Source of the DNA: a virus
Length of the DNA: 64,000 nucleotides
Virus record (IMG/VR): IMGVR_UViG_3300045988_087758
Reading direction: 5' to 3' (one strand)
The position numbers and the translations under genes are program-made. Positions 10,060 to 20,080 of the stretch are shown piece by piece (the first letter of the stretch is position 1; each line of letters starts with the position of its first letter). The notes under the pieces were generated by a model. It saw nothing but the letters and a program-made list of their open reading frames with translations, did no database searches and had not been told where the DNA came from.

Positions 10060-11376
10060 TTATGCAGCAGGTAGGAAGCAAAGGCGAGAGGCGAAATGCG
10101 CATCCGATTCCGAGGGAACGATAAACGAGGACAAGAAAACGAAGCCGCAGCGCGAACCGTTAGGCGCAGAACCGCCAAAGAGAACGCCACGTAAAGTTGT
10201 ATCCGTAGGTATGTTTGTGTAATAGTAGTCACCATAATAGCTACTATCGCTACCGCCAACAGCCTTCGCTGTGATGTCACCATATTCGCCAAAGGTAATC
10301 TGTGTAACAAAACCTTCCGTCCTTGCTTCATTACCGACATAGGTATATCCGTCATATCCTGTATCAGAGAATTTCTTAGGGTCACGGCATATATATATCT
10401 TGCTGACACCGCTATCACCTGCCTGTATCTCAATGTTGATTCCATCAGTCCACTGCCATACATGAGCAAATGGGCACTCAATACCTCGGTATCTGTTAAC
10501 GCTTACCTTGCCGAGAGTAACACCATTCTTCGTACCAGTGTCGTAGGTAGCAACACCGCTTCGGTTGCCAAGGCTATCAGTAATACCGCAAAGAACAAAT
10601 GGGTTATTTCCATTGTATGTATACCATTCAGACCAATCTGCGCCAATAACACCGCTACCAAGACCGCCCTGATGATAACCTTCAGTAGTCAGAGCAGCAT
10701 TGTAATTTGTCTGACAAGACAACTGAGCATACTCAATAGCGAAAAGCCAATAGAGTTCTCTCTGAATGTCATATACATGACAATTCCATTCTACGCTACC
10801 AGTCTTTCTCGCTCTTGCCATATTGCGGAATCGTGTACGGCTGATATTGGATGATGCAAACACACTAGCGATAGAGCAGAGTTTGTTGTCCTTGACGTAG
10901 GCTTGATATGCACTCACGTAACGCTTCGGAACTTTACGGAAACCTGCCAAAGGTTCAAGGCTCATCCATGCTCTGCGCTTATTACCATCCGTTTCAAATT
11001 TTTCGTAATACTCTGGCAGCTCAACCATAACCTGTCCTCTGCTTCCGTCACGTGTGGCATTAGTCCAATCCTGTGGGTCGAGATAGTCAACCACATTACC
11101 ATCATCATCGAGCAAGCATCCCTTCATCAAAGTCTGCACTGGTAAGGTTCTGTGCATGCTCATGTTTCCGATTCTCGTTGCAGCCGTTGAACTTACCGTT
11201 ACATCGAACTCGATACCATAGGCATACACCTCTGGCGAAGTGATGGAAAGGTTAAGACTTCTTGATAAGTCTTTAATTTTCAATCTTCTTACAGCACCTC
11301 CAACCTCCGCAAATACGCTATCCGTCTGCTGTACGGATGCCACGGTATCTGCTGTTCCTAAATTCTTATTTGCCAT
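10060..11376 (-). CDS. DGR target protein, probable receptor-binding tail protein with C-terminal variable domain
   Basis: 438-aa ORF in the tail module. The VR covers its C-terminus. The invariant scaffold residues (GG..NG..CGF...RL) fit the C-type-lectin/FGE-like fold of DGR targets. Confidence 0.85.
   Translation of the reverse strand: MANKNLGTADTVASVQQTDSVFAEVGGAVRRLKIKDLSRSLNLSITSPEVYAYGIEFDVTVSSTAATRIGNMSMHRTLPVQTLMKGCLLDDDGNVVDYLDPQDWTNATRDGSRGQVMVELPEYYEKFETDGNKRRAWMSLEPLAGFRKVPKRYVSAYQAYVKDNKLCSIASVFASSNISRTRFRNMARARKTGSVEWNCHVYDIQRELYWLFAIEYAQLSCQTNYNAALTTEGYHQGGLGSGVIGADWSEWYTYNGNNPFVLCGITDSLGNRSGVATYDTGTKNGVTLGKVSVNRYRGIECPFAHVWQWTDGINIEIQAGDSGVSKIYICRDPKKFSDTGYDGYTYVGNEARTEGFVTQITFGEYGDITAKAVGGSDSSYYGDYYYTNIPTDTTLRGVLFGGSAPNGSRCGFVFLSSFIVPSESDAHFASRLCFLPAA
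10072..10192 (-). repeat. DGR variable repeat (VR)
   Basis: Partner of TR. Encodes the last ~40 codons of the 438-aa target (RGVLFGGSAPNGSRCGFVFLSSFIVPSESDAHFASRLCFL). Confidence 0.85.
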
Positions 11377-11412
11377 AATTAAAAATTATTTATAAATTCG
11401 TAAATCAACTCA

Positions 11413-14400
11413 TCATACACTCAGTGTTGCCGAAATTTCATTGGTTTTGTTACCGATTTGCCAAGCCTTGAAGGTAAACACGACACCGAAAGTATTCTTA
11501 TTCTCAGCTCCAAGGTCATTCTCGTTCTCAGTAAATGCGATATTGATAGTGCCTTTAAAGTTCTGAGCCTTAGATGTGGCGTTCCATGCCGCATCTTCCT
11601 GTTTGTCACCACTATCTCTTTCCACGCTCCAATCCCAACCACTCGATGTATCAACGATAGAATCACCACGGACAACTGAGCATACGACATCAATCGTTTC
11701 ACCCCAATCAAGGGTGTCTTGCCCACGCAAATCAATCAGTAGCTTATTCCGTTGTATTGCGGTCGTAGCCTTCCAATAAGGTGAATCCTCAGATGGCTCA
11801 TCGGTAGTGGTCTGTCCTTCCGATACTATGCAGAGCCATCTTGTGCCAAGCCAAGTGACCTCATCATAGTAGCTGTATTCAGTACCTTCCTTCCAGTCAC
11901 CCAGATAGATGGGAGTCCATACCTTCTCACCGCTGACGTTTACCATATTGAAGTATTTGGTAACGATATTGATGCCATCGAAACCAACGTCAAAGATAGA
12001 TTTATCCTTTAAAGTATAGGAGTTGATTCCACGGTACATAGTGAACTTCGGTGCAGAAACTCCTTCGGTCTCCATCATCAAAAGGTGCTGTCTGCTTGTA
12101 TCACTTCTGTTACCCATAAGGACGATGGTATCACCTGCGGCAGGATTGTCCGAGCCTTCCATGCAGTTGTCCTTCGCAATCTGAATCCATGCGAACTTCT
12201 TTCCGTCATATAGTTCGTGACCTTCACCATCGGTGATTACCTCATTCTCTGCTGATACCTTAGTGACAAGTCTCCAATAGTCCTTGTTGCTGACGTTCTC
12301 ATAGACACCCGATGCAATGTTGAATGTCTTGCACCTAACTTGGTCTTCCACCTTGAATGAGTTGATGGTAGCGGTCGTTCCATCATCGGCTAAGAGGTAG
12401 CACTGCCACCCAATCAGCTCATTCGTCGTCTCGCTGTATACTTCCTTGATGTAGCTTATCTTGCCAGCAGCAGGGGAGAGGACGATGTTACCGCCAACGT
12501 AGCTGAGTTCACGTATCAAGAGGGTGTTGAAGATTGCCTTACCCCAAACAATCAAATCCGTGAGCAGCATTTGAAACTTTCCATCGCTTCTCTGTTTAAT
12601 AGCAAAACCACTCTGCTCTGCTTCGTTAAAGTCGAGTGACTTCAATAAGTTCACTATCACACTAGATAGGATAGCGTTGCCGCTGCCATCAATACTGAAC
12701 TCGTTAGAGTGACCGAGGAAGAAGCCTTGCAAGAATTTCTGTACCTTCTGAAATGTGATTGTTCCGCTAGCTATATCATCTGTCAGTTTAGAGAGATACA
12801 TTTTATCGGTTATACTAGCATTAAAGCTATTGGTATTACTACCCCCAGCCATACTAGATAGAGATTTAACCGTTTCTCCTTTTACTGCATCAATAATCTG
12901 CTTTACATCACTCTTTGTAACTTCCAACGAATTTACAAGCTCAATTTCAACTTCTGCCAGATCTTCGTTATCAACCTTTACTGAGTAGTTGCTGACGAAA
13001 ACTTCGTGACTAATAAGATTTCCATCGTTATCCGAATCGCCTTGTATCTGTATTGACAGCTTTGCATTCTCATTCAACTTGCTTGCAAAGTCAGGATTCT
13101 CTTGCAAGAATACGCGAGAAAACTTAACAGAGTAGTTAAATTGGTCTGTATTGTTTTCGCTCATGTGCTTGATAAGAGCATCATCTAGTCTTTTCTCTGC
13201 TGCCGTTACAAGAACCTTTGGAGGTTTAATGCCTGTAATGACAAACAAATCTCCCTTTTGCGGTTTAAAGCCAGCACTCGCGTTTGGCATTACGATACCT
13301 AGTGTTGATGTATCTTTCTGAACGCAAATCCAAAGTTCTTCTTTCGTTGAATCTTGGTTTGATTTGTTATCCTTAACGTATGTGTCGCTAAGAATATAAT
13401 CACCTTTGCTATTCATTTTTCCACTATCTGACTTCAAATTTCCATTTCCGTCAGTAAGTACATTATTGTAGCATTTATTATTTGCACTATCCCAATAACA
13501 CCCGATAACAAATGAGCAAGCAGGGCATCCATTACTCTTGATGAGATTTATCTTTGCTGATTCACTAGCCAAAGCATGAGCAAATAAGTCAAATCCAAAA
13601 TCACCATTAAACTTATGTAGCTTTATATAGAAATAGCTATGAATATAATTTCCGTCACTATCCTTTACATCGCTATCTTCTTTATCAAAAGCAACATCTG
13701 CAATCTCTCCAAATAGCTGCCCTTCCGCATTTACAATTCCATTAATAGTTGGCTTTATATCATCAAAAGTAACAGTTCCTTGATGAGGATTGCCTTTCTT
13801 ATACAAGTTTACAAACTCGTAATATCCACTACCGCTTTGCAACTTGTGGGTGTTATTCAAAGCATAATAGAAACGCTCTGCACCTTTCGTGTTGCGATAT
13901 ATAGAAGGCATAAGTACCGATGATGGTGCAATCCAGACTCTATCAGTAACCATTACCTTCACTGCATTATCCTCAGTTCCAGTATAAACCTTATTGAATC
14001 CATATCTGTCACCATCTTTTACAAATTGATAGTCATATTCAATGCAATTTGCCTCGCCGATTCCACTTACATTAATACCGGCATCACTGTAAGGAATATA
14101 CTTGTCACCATTCCTCCATTCATATTCAGATTTTAACTCGTATAAGAACTCAATACTTCCACTAAAAGCAACATTCCAACTATCCGCGCCATAAAAGTCA
14201 TTAATGCCAGCACTATTTTTGTACACCTTGCATTTGTAAGAAAACTCAGATTCTATAGATAATGTGAAATCTCCATCCTCTTCAAATGTGTATGTAGCAA
14301 CACTTCCAAAACTCATCTTATTAGAGATAGTCTTGTACAACTCTTTTCCTTTGAATATATATATGCTCTTGACGGCATTACCAACGTTTGTTATATAGTC

Positions 14401-15531
14401 TTTTCTCGAAACAGAACTATTTAATTCATAGCTAAAATTCAAGTTCGTCAAATCTACCGACTGCCCCTTAATCGCGCTGATTGGAATACTAAACGAAAAT
14501 CGACAAGTAACAGTTGGATTAGACTGATTATCAGCTTGTGTTAAGTTAGATGGGGTAGTAAATCTATCGAATGTATGCGAGCTTACATCTACACTTCCAT
14601 TGTAACTTTTTCCTTCCTTGCTTTTATAAAGGATAAGAGTATCATTATATCTTGAATCTTTAAGGAACTTTGATAATTCTACACTAACTTTATCCTTGCT
14701 GATATTCTCTGTATTGAACACTGCCTCGCCAAACTCGTCATCATTAGGATAATAATATGGCATGTTATCAGATGAACCGTAACCTGTTATCATATCAACT
14801 ATCTTATAGTTCGCATTCTCCTTTGACACGGACATAAGGGCATCACTACTACCATATTTTATAGGTGTATCTGTTAAGTCGTGCTGTACCTTGCCGACAT
14901 GACAAACATTGCCATCCCAGTAGTAATCAAGTTCAAAAGTTGTATTGATAAGTTGCAAGACATCAGTCAAATATTGGTCTTCAAATGATACTTCCTTAAC
15001 TTCATCTGTTCCATATCCTTCGTCAACAACAACGTAATATCCCTTGTATTCATCTGTAGGACGATACAATCCACAATATGCCATTGAGCTATTAATGCGA
15101 GCTACAAACTCATAGATAGTTCCACCAAACGTGAACTTTGTCTGATTTGAGCGGTATCCGTCTTTATCCTGAGTATCAACATCATCAACGACAACATCAA
15201 AGAATAGAGTGTTATCAAGCAATTCTCTTCTAGATGTAAAAGTGATTTCGCTCTTCCACATTCTAGACGAATTATCCTTTGTAGAGTTTGGCGTATAGGA
15301 CGCAAAGAATCTATCGCCATTGTACTCTACGAACTCTTCCTTCTTCCATTGCAAAGGTTCAGAAGAATATATTGTAGCAGTAAGGGTAGGAGCACCACCC
15401 ATACGCTTTGCATCGTAGGTATATGATGATACAATAGCAGGGTTAGCTTCCGATGGGAACAAACCGATAATTTCATTACCAGTGTTCTCATCGTAAGTCA
15501 ACTTCTGTATGTATAATGATTCTGCCTTCAT
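11413..15531 (-). CDS. large tail/baseplate structural protein (Tal-like)
   Basis: 1372-aa ORF between the portal-like gene and the DGR target. The N-terminus resembles the N-domain of siphovirus tail-associated proteins. Assignment rests mainly on size and context. Confidence 0.5.
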   Translation of the reverse strand: MKAESLYIQKLTYDENTGNEIIGLFPSEANPAIVSSYTYDAKRMGGAPTLTATIYSSEPLQWKKEEFVEYNGDRFFASYTPNSTKDNSSRMWKSEITFTSRRELLDNTLFFDVVVDDVDTQDKDGYRSNQTKFTFGGTIYEFVARINSSMAYCGLYRPTDEYKGYYVVVDEGYGTDEVKEVSFEDQYLTDVLQLINTTFELDYYWDGNVCHVGKVQHDLTDTPIKYGSSDALMSVSKENANYKIVDMITGYGSSDNMPYYYPNDDEFGEAVFNTENISKDKVSVELSKFLKDSRYNDTLILYKSKEGKSYNGSVDVSSHTFDRFTTPSNLTQADNQSNPTVTCRFSFSIPISAIKGQSVDLTNLNFSYELNSSVSRKDYITNVGNAVKSIYIFKGKELYKTISNKMSFGSVATYTFEEDGDFTLSIESEFSYKCKVYKNSAGINDFYGADSWNVAFSGSIEFLYELKSEYEWRNGDKYIPYSDAGINVSGIGEANCIEYDYQFVKDGDRYGFNKVYTGTEDNAVKVMVTDRVWIAPSSVLMPSIYRNTKGAERFYYALNNTHKLQSGSGYYEFVNLYKKGNPHQGTVTFDDIKPTINGIVNAEGQLFGEIADVAFDKEDSDVKDSDGNYIHSYFYIKLHKFNGDFGFDLFAHALASESAKINLIKSNGCPACSFVIGCYWDSANNKCYNNVLTDGNGNLKSDSGKMNSKGDYILSDTYVKDNKSNQDSTKEELWICVQKDTSTLGIVMPNASAGFKPQKGDLFVITGIKPPKVLVTAAEKRLDDALIKHMSENNTDQFNYSVKFSRVFLQENPDFASKLNENAKLSIQIQGDSDNDGNLISHEVFVSNYSVKVDNEDLAEVEIELVNSLEVTKSDVKQIIDAVKGETVKSLSSMAGGSNTNSFNASITDKMYLSKLTDDIASGTITFQKVQKFLQGFFLGHSNEFSIDGSGNAILSSVIVNLLKSLDFNEAEQSGFAIKQRSDGKFQMLLTDLIVWGKAIFNTLLIRELSYVGGNIVLSPAAGKISYIKEVYSETTNELIGWQCYLLADDGTTATINSFKVEDQVRCKTFNIASGVYENVSNKDYWRLVTKVSAENEVITDGEGHELYDGKKFAWIQIAKDNCMEGSDNPAAGDTIVLMGNRSDTSRQHLLMMETEGVSAPKFTMYRGINSYTLKDKSIFDVGFDGINIVTKYFNMVNVSGEKVWTPIYLGDWKEGTEYSYYDEVTWLGTRWLCIVSEGQTTTDEPSEDSPYWKATTAIQRNKLLIDLRGQDTLDWGETIDVVCSVVRGDSIVDTSSGWDWSVERDSGDKQEDAAWNATSKAQNFKGTINIAFTENENDLGAENKNTFGVVFTFKAWQIGNKTNEISATLSV

Positions 15532-15533
15532 GT

Positions 15534-17081
15534 TTATTCTTTATTATTGTTTGTATTCTTTGTCATTGCGGTAATCTCAGCTTGTTTTTCGGCACGTTCA
15601 TCTGCCTCTTCTTGCTGAGTCTGCAATCTTACTTCCTCGTCAGGTGCAGAAACAGTATTCTTTTCAACACCAGTCTTGGTAGAAATCAAACCTGCACCGC
15701 TCAATGTACAAAGCATCTGATTCCATGCACTTTCATCGAATGGCTGCCAAGGCTTAAATGATGTACTGATTCTCATCTGCTTAAACTCAGTAATTGCAGT
15801 AGGATTCTCACCGCTTGCAACCAACTGCTTTGCCAGTCCTTCCTTGAATAGTCTTGAATGTTTGCTGACGAAATTCTGCCACTCAATAGCTGCATTGTTA
15901 GCCTCCTCAATATCCAAAGAACGTGTCATCTGAATTGCCAAACCGCTTATATCGCCACTAGACTTAATATCCTTTGGCAAGATAAATGTACATCCTGTAG
16001 CAATCTGCAACTGGTCGAGAATTGACTGCATGAACTCAATCATGTTCTGTGGAGAAGGTGGAGTCTTAAACTCTGCGCTTCCATTTCCTTCAATGCTTGT
16101 ATCATTCAAGATGATAGAACCAGCAATCTTCTTTGCGGTTTCATTGAGCTTACCCTTGATGTAAAGGATTCCCCATCCATGTCGTTTCTGGATGACCGCA
16201 AACAGATTATATATAATCTCGAATAGCTCGATAAGGTCTTGACCGTTATTCCAAGCAACATCACCACGTTTTGTAATAAGTGGACTTTCTGAGAATCCAT
16301 GCACTTCCTTGCTTTCCAAACACCATCCTTTCAGTACTTCGTTTGTATCAACGTCTTGAACGAATACATCTGTGAAATGATAATGATATGTCTTATCGTA
16401 TGCATCAATGTGTCTTACATTGTCCTCAGTACGATAATACACGCAATCAAGAAGCGGTTCTCCGTTATCGTCTTTATGGGTGATAATCTGATAGCCATCT
16501 TCATACGAGAACAATCGGCATTTCACTTCGTTATCCTCATTCATGTAAACGAGTAATCCTACATCACCATAACTCTGCTGAATGCGTATAGCTTCCATTT
16601 CGATACCATCCTGATTCGTTTCATCCCAATGCCATTTGAAATCGGCAAAGTTCTTTTTGAGTTTATCAGTCGGATTGCTGTCATGCAGTATGTGATTGCG
16701 TTTGTTGCCACCCAAGCAGAGAGCCTTTTTGTCAACAATACGCCGTTGCATAGGAATACCAAACTTCTTAAACTCAATCTCACAATAACTGCCATCATCA
16801 AGTTTACAGCATATAGAAGGTAAATTCGTATCAAATAATACCCTATGAGAATAAGGGTCTAATTCCTTCGCAAAACGCTCTTGGCTAACAACTATCTTGC
16901 TGATATTCGGAAGCTGTGCCTCTTTACGGAAGTTTGTCTTAATATCTGAACCATCAGAAGAATCATTGATGGTAATAGCGCGCGAACCCCTCAAAAACGG
17001 CTTTTTCAGAAGAAGTTTCTGAGGATTCTCCAAAAAATCATTAATTATATCTTGTCTCTTTCTACTCATCGCTATTGTCAT
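15534..17081 (-). CDS. putative portal protein
   Basis: 515-aa ORF just downstream of the terminase genes. Acidic C-terminal tail (QQEEADERAEKQAE). Size and position are typical of a portal. Confidence 0.6.
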   Translation of the reverse strand: MTIAMSRKRQDIINDFLENPQKLLLKKPFLRGSRAITINDSSDGSDIKTNFRKEAQLPNISKIVVSQERFAKELDPYSHRVLFDTNLPSICCKLDDGSYCEIEFKKFGIPMQRRIVDKKALCLGGNKRNHILHDSNPTDKLKKNFADFKWHWDETNQDGIEMEAIRIQQSYGDVGLLVYMNEDNEVKCRLFSYEDGYQIITHKDDNGEPLLDCVYYRTEDNVRHIDAYDKTYHYHFTDVFVQDVDTNEVLKGWCLESKEVHGFSESPLITKRGDVAWNNGQDLIELFEIIYNLFAVIQKRHGWGILYIKGKLNETAKKIAGSIILNDTSIEGNGSAEFKTPPSPQNMIEFMQSILDQLQIATGCTFILPKDIKSSGDISGLAIQMTRSLDIEEANNAAIEWQNFVSKHSRLFKEGLAKQLVASGENPTAITEFKQMRISTSFKPWQPFDESAWNQMLCTLSGAGLISTKTGVEKNTVSAPDEEVRLQTQQEEADERAEKQAEITAMTKNTNNNKE

Positions 17082-17652
17082 TTAATGATGATTCAACATC
17101 GTTGTTATTTTTCGCTTCGCGATTCTCTTGCGGGTCAATCAAACCGTAATGTCTGCAACAAGCCTTTCTTGAAGCCCAATAGTTGCATTCTCTGTTGGTA
17201 GTAGGACAAACAATATCATGTTTGCTTGGTACTACGATGATTCGTTTCTGCTTCTGTGACTCTTCCATCTCAAATTTATCATTCAGCTTAACGCGAATAT
17301 CAGTCTGCATCTTCAATGCGTCCTTCGGTTCAAGATTTCCATCACTAAGAGCTTGGTCTATCTTGTCGAGCATTTTAAGAAGCTCGTTTTTGTTCTCTTC
17401 CTTGGTGATAGCGTTGTTATTAACATTGCCGATACCGAAAGGTTCTAGAACATCTAGCAGTTTCTTGAATCGTGGAGTTTCGTAGAATTTCGCTGCATCC
17501 TTTTCACTCTTACGATAAGCAAGACGATATGCTAAAGTCTTATCTTCCAATGCGTCACAGAGGATAGCGAACGCAATGTCTTTCTCATCGCATTTATCCC
17601 AGTCAATCCGCACGGATTCAAGAATCATTTTTATATTTTCTTTTTTCAGCAT
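17062..17652 (-). CDS. packaging-associated protein, possible small terminase subunit
   Basis: 196-aa ORF between TerL and the portal. Charged coiled-coil middle region. Weak, context-only call. Confidence 0.3.
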   Translation of the reverse strand: MLKKENIKMILESVRIDWDKCDEKDIAFAILCDALEDKTLAYRLAYRKSEKDAAKFYETPRFKKLLDVLEPFGIGNVNNNAITKEENKNELLKMLDKIDQALSDGNLEPKDALKMQTDIRVKLNDKFEMEESQKQKRIIVVPSKHDIVCPTTNRECNYWASRKACCRHYGLIDPQENREAKNNNDVESSLNDNSDE

Positions 17653-17663
17653 ATATTCTAAAA

Positions 17664-19274
17664 TTAATAGTACAACGTATCATCATAAATGCTCTGTGCA
17701 TTAGGATTTTTCTCTTCAACTTCCTGTGCTGCGAGTCTGAACCCTTCCTGTAGTTCGCTACCATACTCCATATTCAAACATGGGTACATTCTCATTGCGC
17801 AAGGGTCAACCACGTCCATAGAACGGTCTTTTCCGAGATTTCTGTTCATTTCCTTCTTGCTCTGCAACTTCTTCTTTCCACTCTGCATCTTATCAAAGCG
17901 AACTACCGCGCATTCTTCCATGAACTCATTCTGTATGGTAACTCTGTATTTGAGGTTTTGATGCGTGTAAACCGCATTTGCAACCTTATCAGAGAATGTA
18001 AGCTGTCCTCGCTTAATCATGTAGCTCAGTCGCAAGTAACATAGGTCTTTTATTGTCATTGCAGACAAGTAATAAATTCCCATTGCCTTTGCTGCTGATA
18101 TATATGGAATAGCATCAGGTATATAGTCATTGAAATACCTACCTGCCGTAGCATCATAGATAATATGGCTTTCTGCTACTCCCTCGCTCGCCGCGAACAG
18201 CCTAGCTCTTTCTGCATTGATTCGCGGTGTTGAATGCATAACGATTTCGTAATTGACAACGTGGAATCCATTCCACGACAACATCAGAGTATTATCCTTT
18301 CCGTAATCTGCCAAGTCGATTGTTATCCACTTGTCACCATTTACGGCTGGGTCTTTTATGAAGCAATCTCTTGCCGCTTGGCTTGGAATCGGTATATCCT
18401 CATCCTCTTCTGGGTCAACATTGAAGTTACCCTCCATAAGAGCTTGTGCCATTCTACCGCCCGATGCCGCTACAGAACCTAAATAGCCGGAGTTGTTTTC
18501 AAGCATCTTCTTGTTTGAACCAAGTTTACCTTGATAGAAAACAAAACTCTTAATCATTACTTCATATCCAAAGTTGCCGCCAATGGTTTTAAGCTTTCTG
18601 TCTATATCTATCTTACATTTTTCATAGACTTCTCGCTTAGACATTCCCCAAACAACATCCTTAACAGTCGGTCCTGCACAATAGAAGTATCTGACTACAC
18701 CATCACGCTCTGGGATGATAAAACCATCTGAGCCAATATACCAATCAAGAAATATTCTCGTCCAGTGGCTACGCTTCGGGTTAAGTGTTGCAAAGAACTT
18801 ACCTGTAAACGTCTTGCTCTGACCTCTGTTTCGAGTCATGACGTAAGAAAAAACTTCCCAAGTCATCTCCGTCAACTCGTCAATCGCAATCAAATCGTAC
18901 TCCCATCCTTTCGCGCGCTCTCTCAACTTATCCATATTGGAATCGTCAAGATACGTCAAATCGACAAACGTTCCATTCGGAAATGTAACGCGCGGATTCT
19001 CGCTCTCTCTGACTTTTACAAAATCAGCTCCGAATATCTGTTTAAACTTCTCTACGAATCCTCCACCTGCTTTTTGATTACCAAGTGAACGGCGTGAAAT
19101 CATTGCACGAAAATCTGGGTCGGTCATTAACGGCTCTGCCATCGCAAGTACAAGACCATACGATTTGCCTCCTCCGAGATTTCCGCCACCAAAAACAACG
19201 TCAACGTTGCTACTTGCAAAGGACATTTGAAAGCCCTCTTGTGGTCTGATTTCTATATCTTTATTCGTGTTCAT
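17664..19274 (-). CDS. terL: terminase large subunit
   Basis: 536-aa ORF. Walker A-like GGGNLGGGKSYG, Walker B YDLIAIDELTE, and a C-terminal nuclease-sized domain. Confidence 0.9.
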   Translation of the reverse strand: MNTNKDIEIRPQEGFQMSFASSNVDVVFGGGNLGGGKSYGLVLAMAEPLMTDPDFRAMISRRSLGNQKAGGGFVEKFKQIFGADFVKVRESENPRVTFPNGTFVDLTYLDDSNMDKLRERAKGWEYDLIAIDELTEMTWEVFSYVMTRNRGQSKTFTGKFFATLNPKRSHWTRIFLDWYIGSDGFIIPERDGVVRYFYCAGPTVKDVVWGMSKREVYEKCKIDIDRKLKTIGGNFGYEVMIKSFVFYQGKLGSNKKMLENNSGYLGSVAASGGRMAQALMEGNFNVDPEEDEDIPIPSQAARDCFIKDPAVNGDKWITIDLADYGKDNTLMLSWNGFHVVNYEIVMHSTPRINAERARLFAASEGVAESHIIYDATAGRYFNDYIPDAIPYISAAKAMGIYYLSAMTIKDLCYLRLSYMIKRGQLTFSDKVANAVYTHQNLKYRVTIQNEFMEECAVVRFDKMQSGKKKLQSKKEMNRNLGKDRSMDVVDPCAMRMYPCLNMEYGSELQEGFRLAAQEVEEKNPNAQSIYDDTLYY

Positions 19275-19286
19275 GCTGCAAAGATA
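19275..19286 (-). promoter_or_regulatory. Bacteroidota-type -7 box (TAtcTTTGCAGC), leftward
   Basis: The reverse complement of gctgcaaagata is tatctttgcagc, which matches TAnnTTTG. It abuts the terL ATG. Confidence 0.4.
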
Positions 19287-19382
19287 CCTAATTTATAATA
19301 TATAATAGTGTGAAAATAATTCTATATTGGTTACGTAACAAATAGAGTTTCTAAAAATCTAAAAATCACCACATTATTTAAT

Positions 19383-19394
19383 TATCTTTGCAGC
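19383..19394 (+). promoter_or_regulatory. Bacteroidota-type -7 box (TAtcTTTGCAGC), rightward
   Basis: An identical 12-mer in inverted orientation to 19275-19286, about 22 nt upstream of the ATG at 19416. Confidence 0.5.
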
Positions 19395-19415
19395 AGAATT
19401 TTAAAAATTAGTAAT

Positions 19416-20045
19416 ATGAAGTTTACAAAACAACAACTTTTAGACACCCTAAAAGCAAAACTCACTGCAAACGGAAAACACCTTTCCATCAGTGAAAAGA
19501 CAATCAAGAGTTTGAGTGATTCCCACTTTGACCTCTTAGTTGGTGAAGATACAGAGTTAGATGATTTGGTGAAGAAGATTTTGCCGCAGTATGTTTCCCT
19601 TAACGGCAACTACGAGAAGGACAATGCCGACTTCATCAAGAAATGGAACGATGAGCATCCCGACATTAAGCCAAATCCAAAGGACGATGACAAAGAGCCT
19701 TCGGCTGTAGAAAAGAAGCTTTTGGAACGCTTGGAAGCTCTAGAGAAGAAGGATGCAGAATACGAAGCATCTAAGCTTGTATCACAGAAACGTAGTGAAC
19801 TTCTCGCAAAGTTCAAGGAGAGAGGTATCAACGATAGTAAGTGGATTGAAAAATACATGAACAAGTTGAACCTCACTAAGGACTCGGACATCGAGCAGGA
19901 ATTTACGGATGCGGAAGAGTTTTACAATCTCTCTCATTCAAAGCCAAACAACAACACTCCAGGTAGTGCTGGCGGTGGTGACAATGACAAGGCTGACGAT
20001 TTCTCTGATGTTGTGGGTATCGTGAACCCTGACGCAGGCGAATAA
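19416..20045 (+). CDS. putative scaffolding protein
   Basis: 209-aa acidic, Lys/Glu-rich coiled-coil-like ORF, first in the head operon. Confidence 0.45.
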   Translation: MKFTKQQLLDTLKAKLTANGKHLSISEKTIKSLSDSHFDLLVGEDTELDDLVKKILPQYVSLNGNYEKDNADFIKKWNDEHPDIKPNPKDDDKEPSAVEKKLLERLEALEKKDAEYEASKLVSQKRSELLAKFKERGINDSKWIEKYMNKLNLTKDSDIEQEFTDAEEFYNLSHSKPNNNTPGSAGGGDNDKADDFSDVVGIVNPDAGE

Positions 20046-20080
20046 CATTATTCATTCACTATTAAACAAATTTACAAATT

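Noticed and set aside
10002-10481. 159-aa minus-strand ORF overlapping the DGR target gene and VR
   Set aside because: It is an alternative frame of the 438-aa target gene with low-complexity Leu/Arg/Ala composition. The target frame is supported by the TR/VR codon logic.
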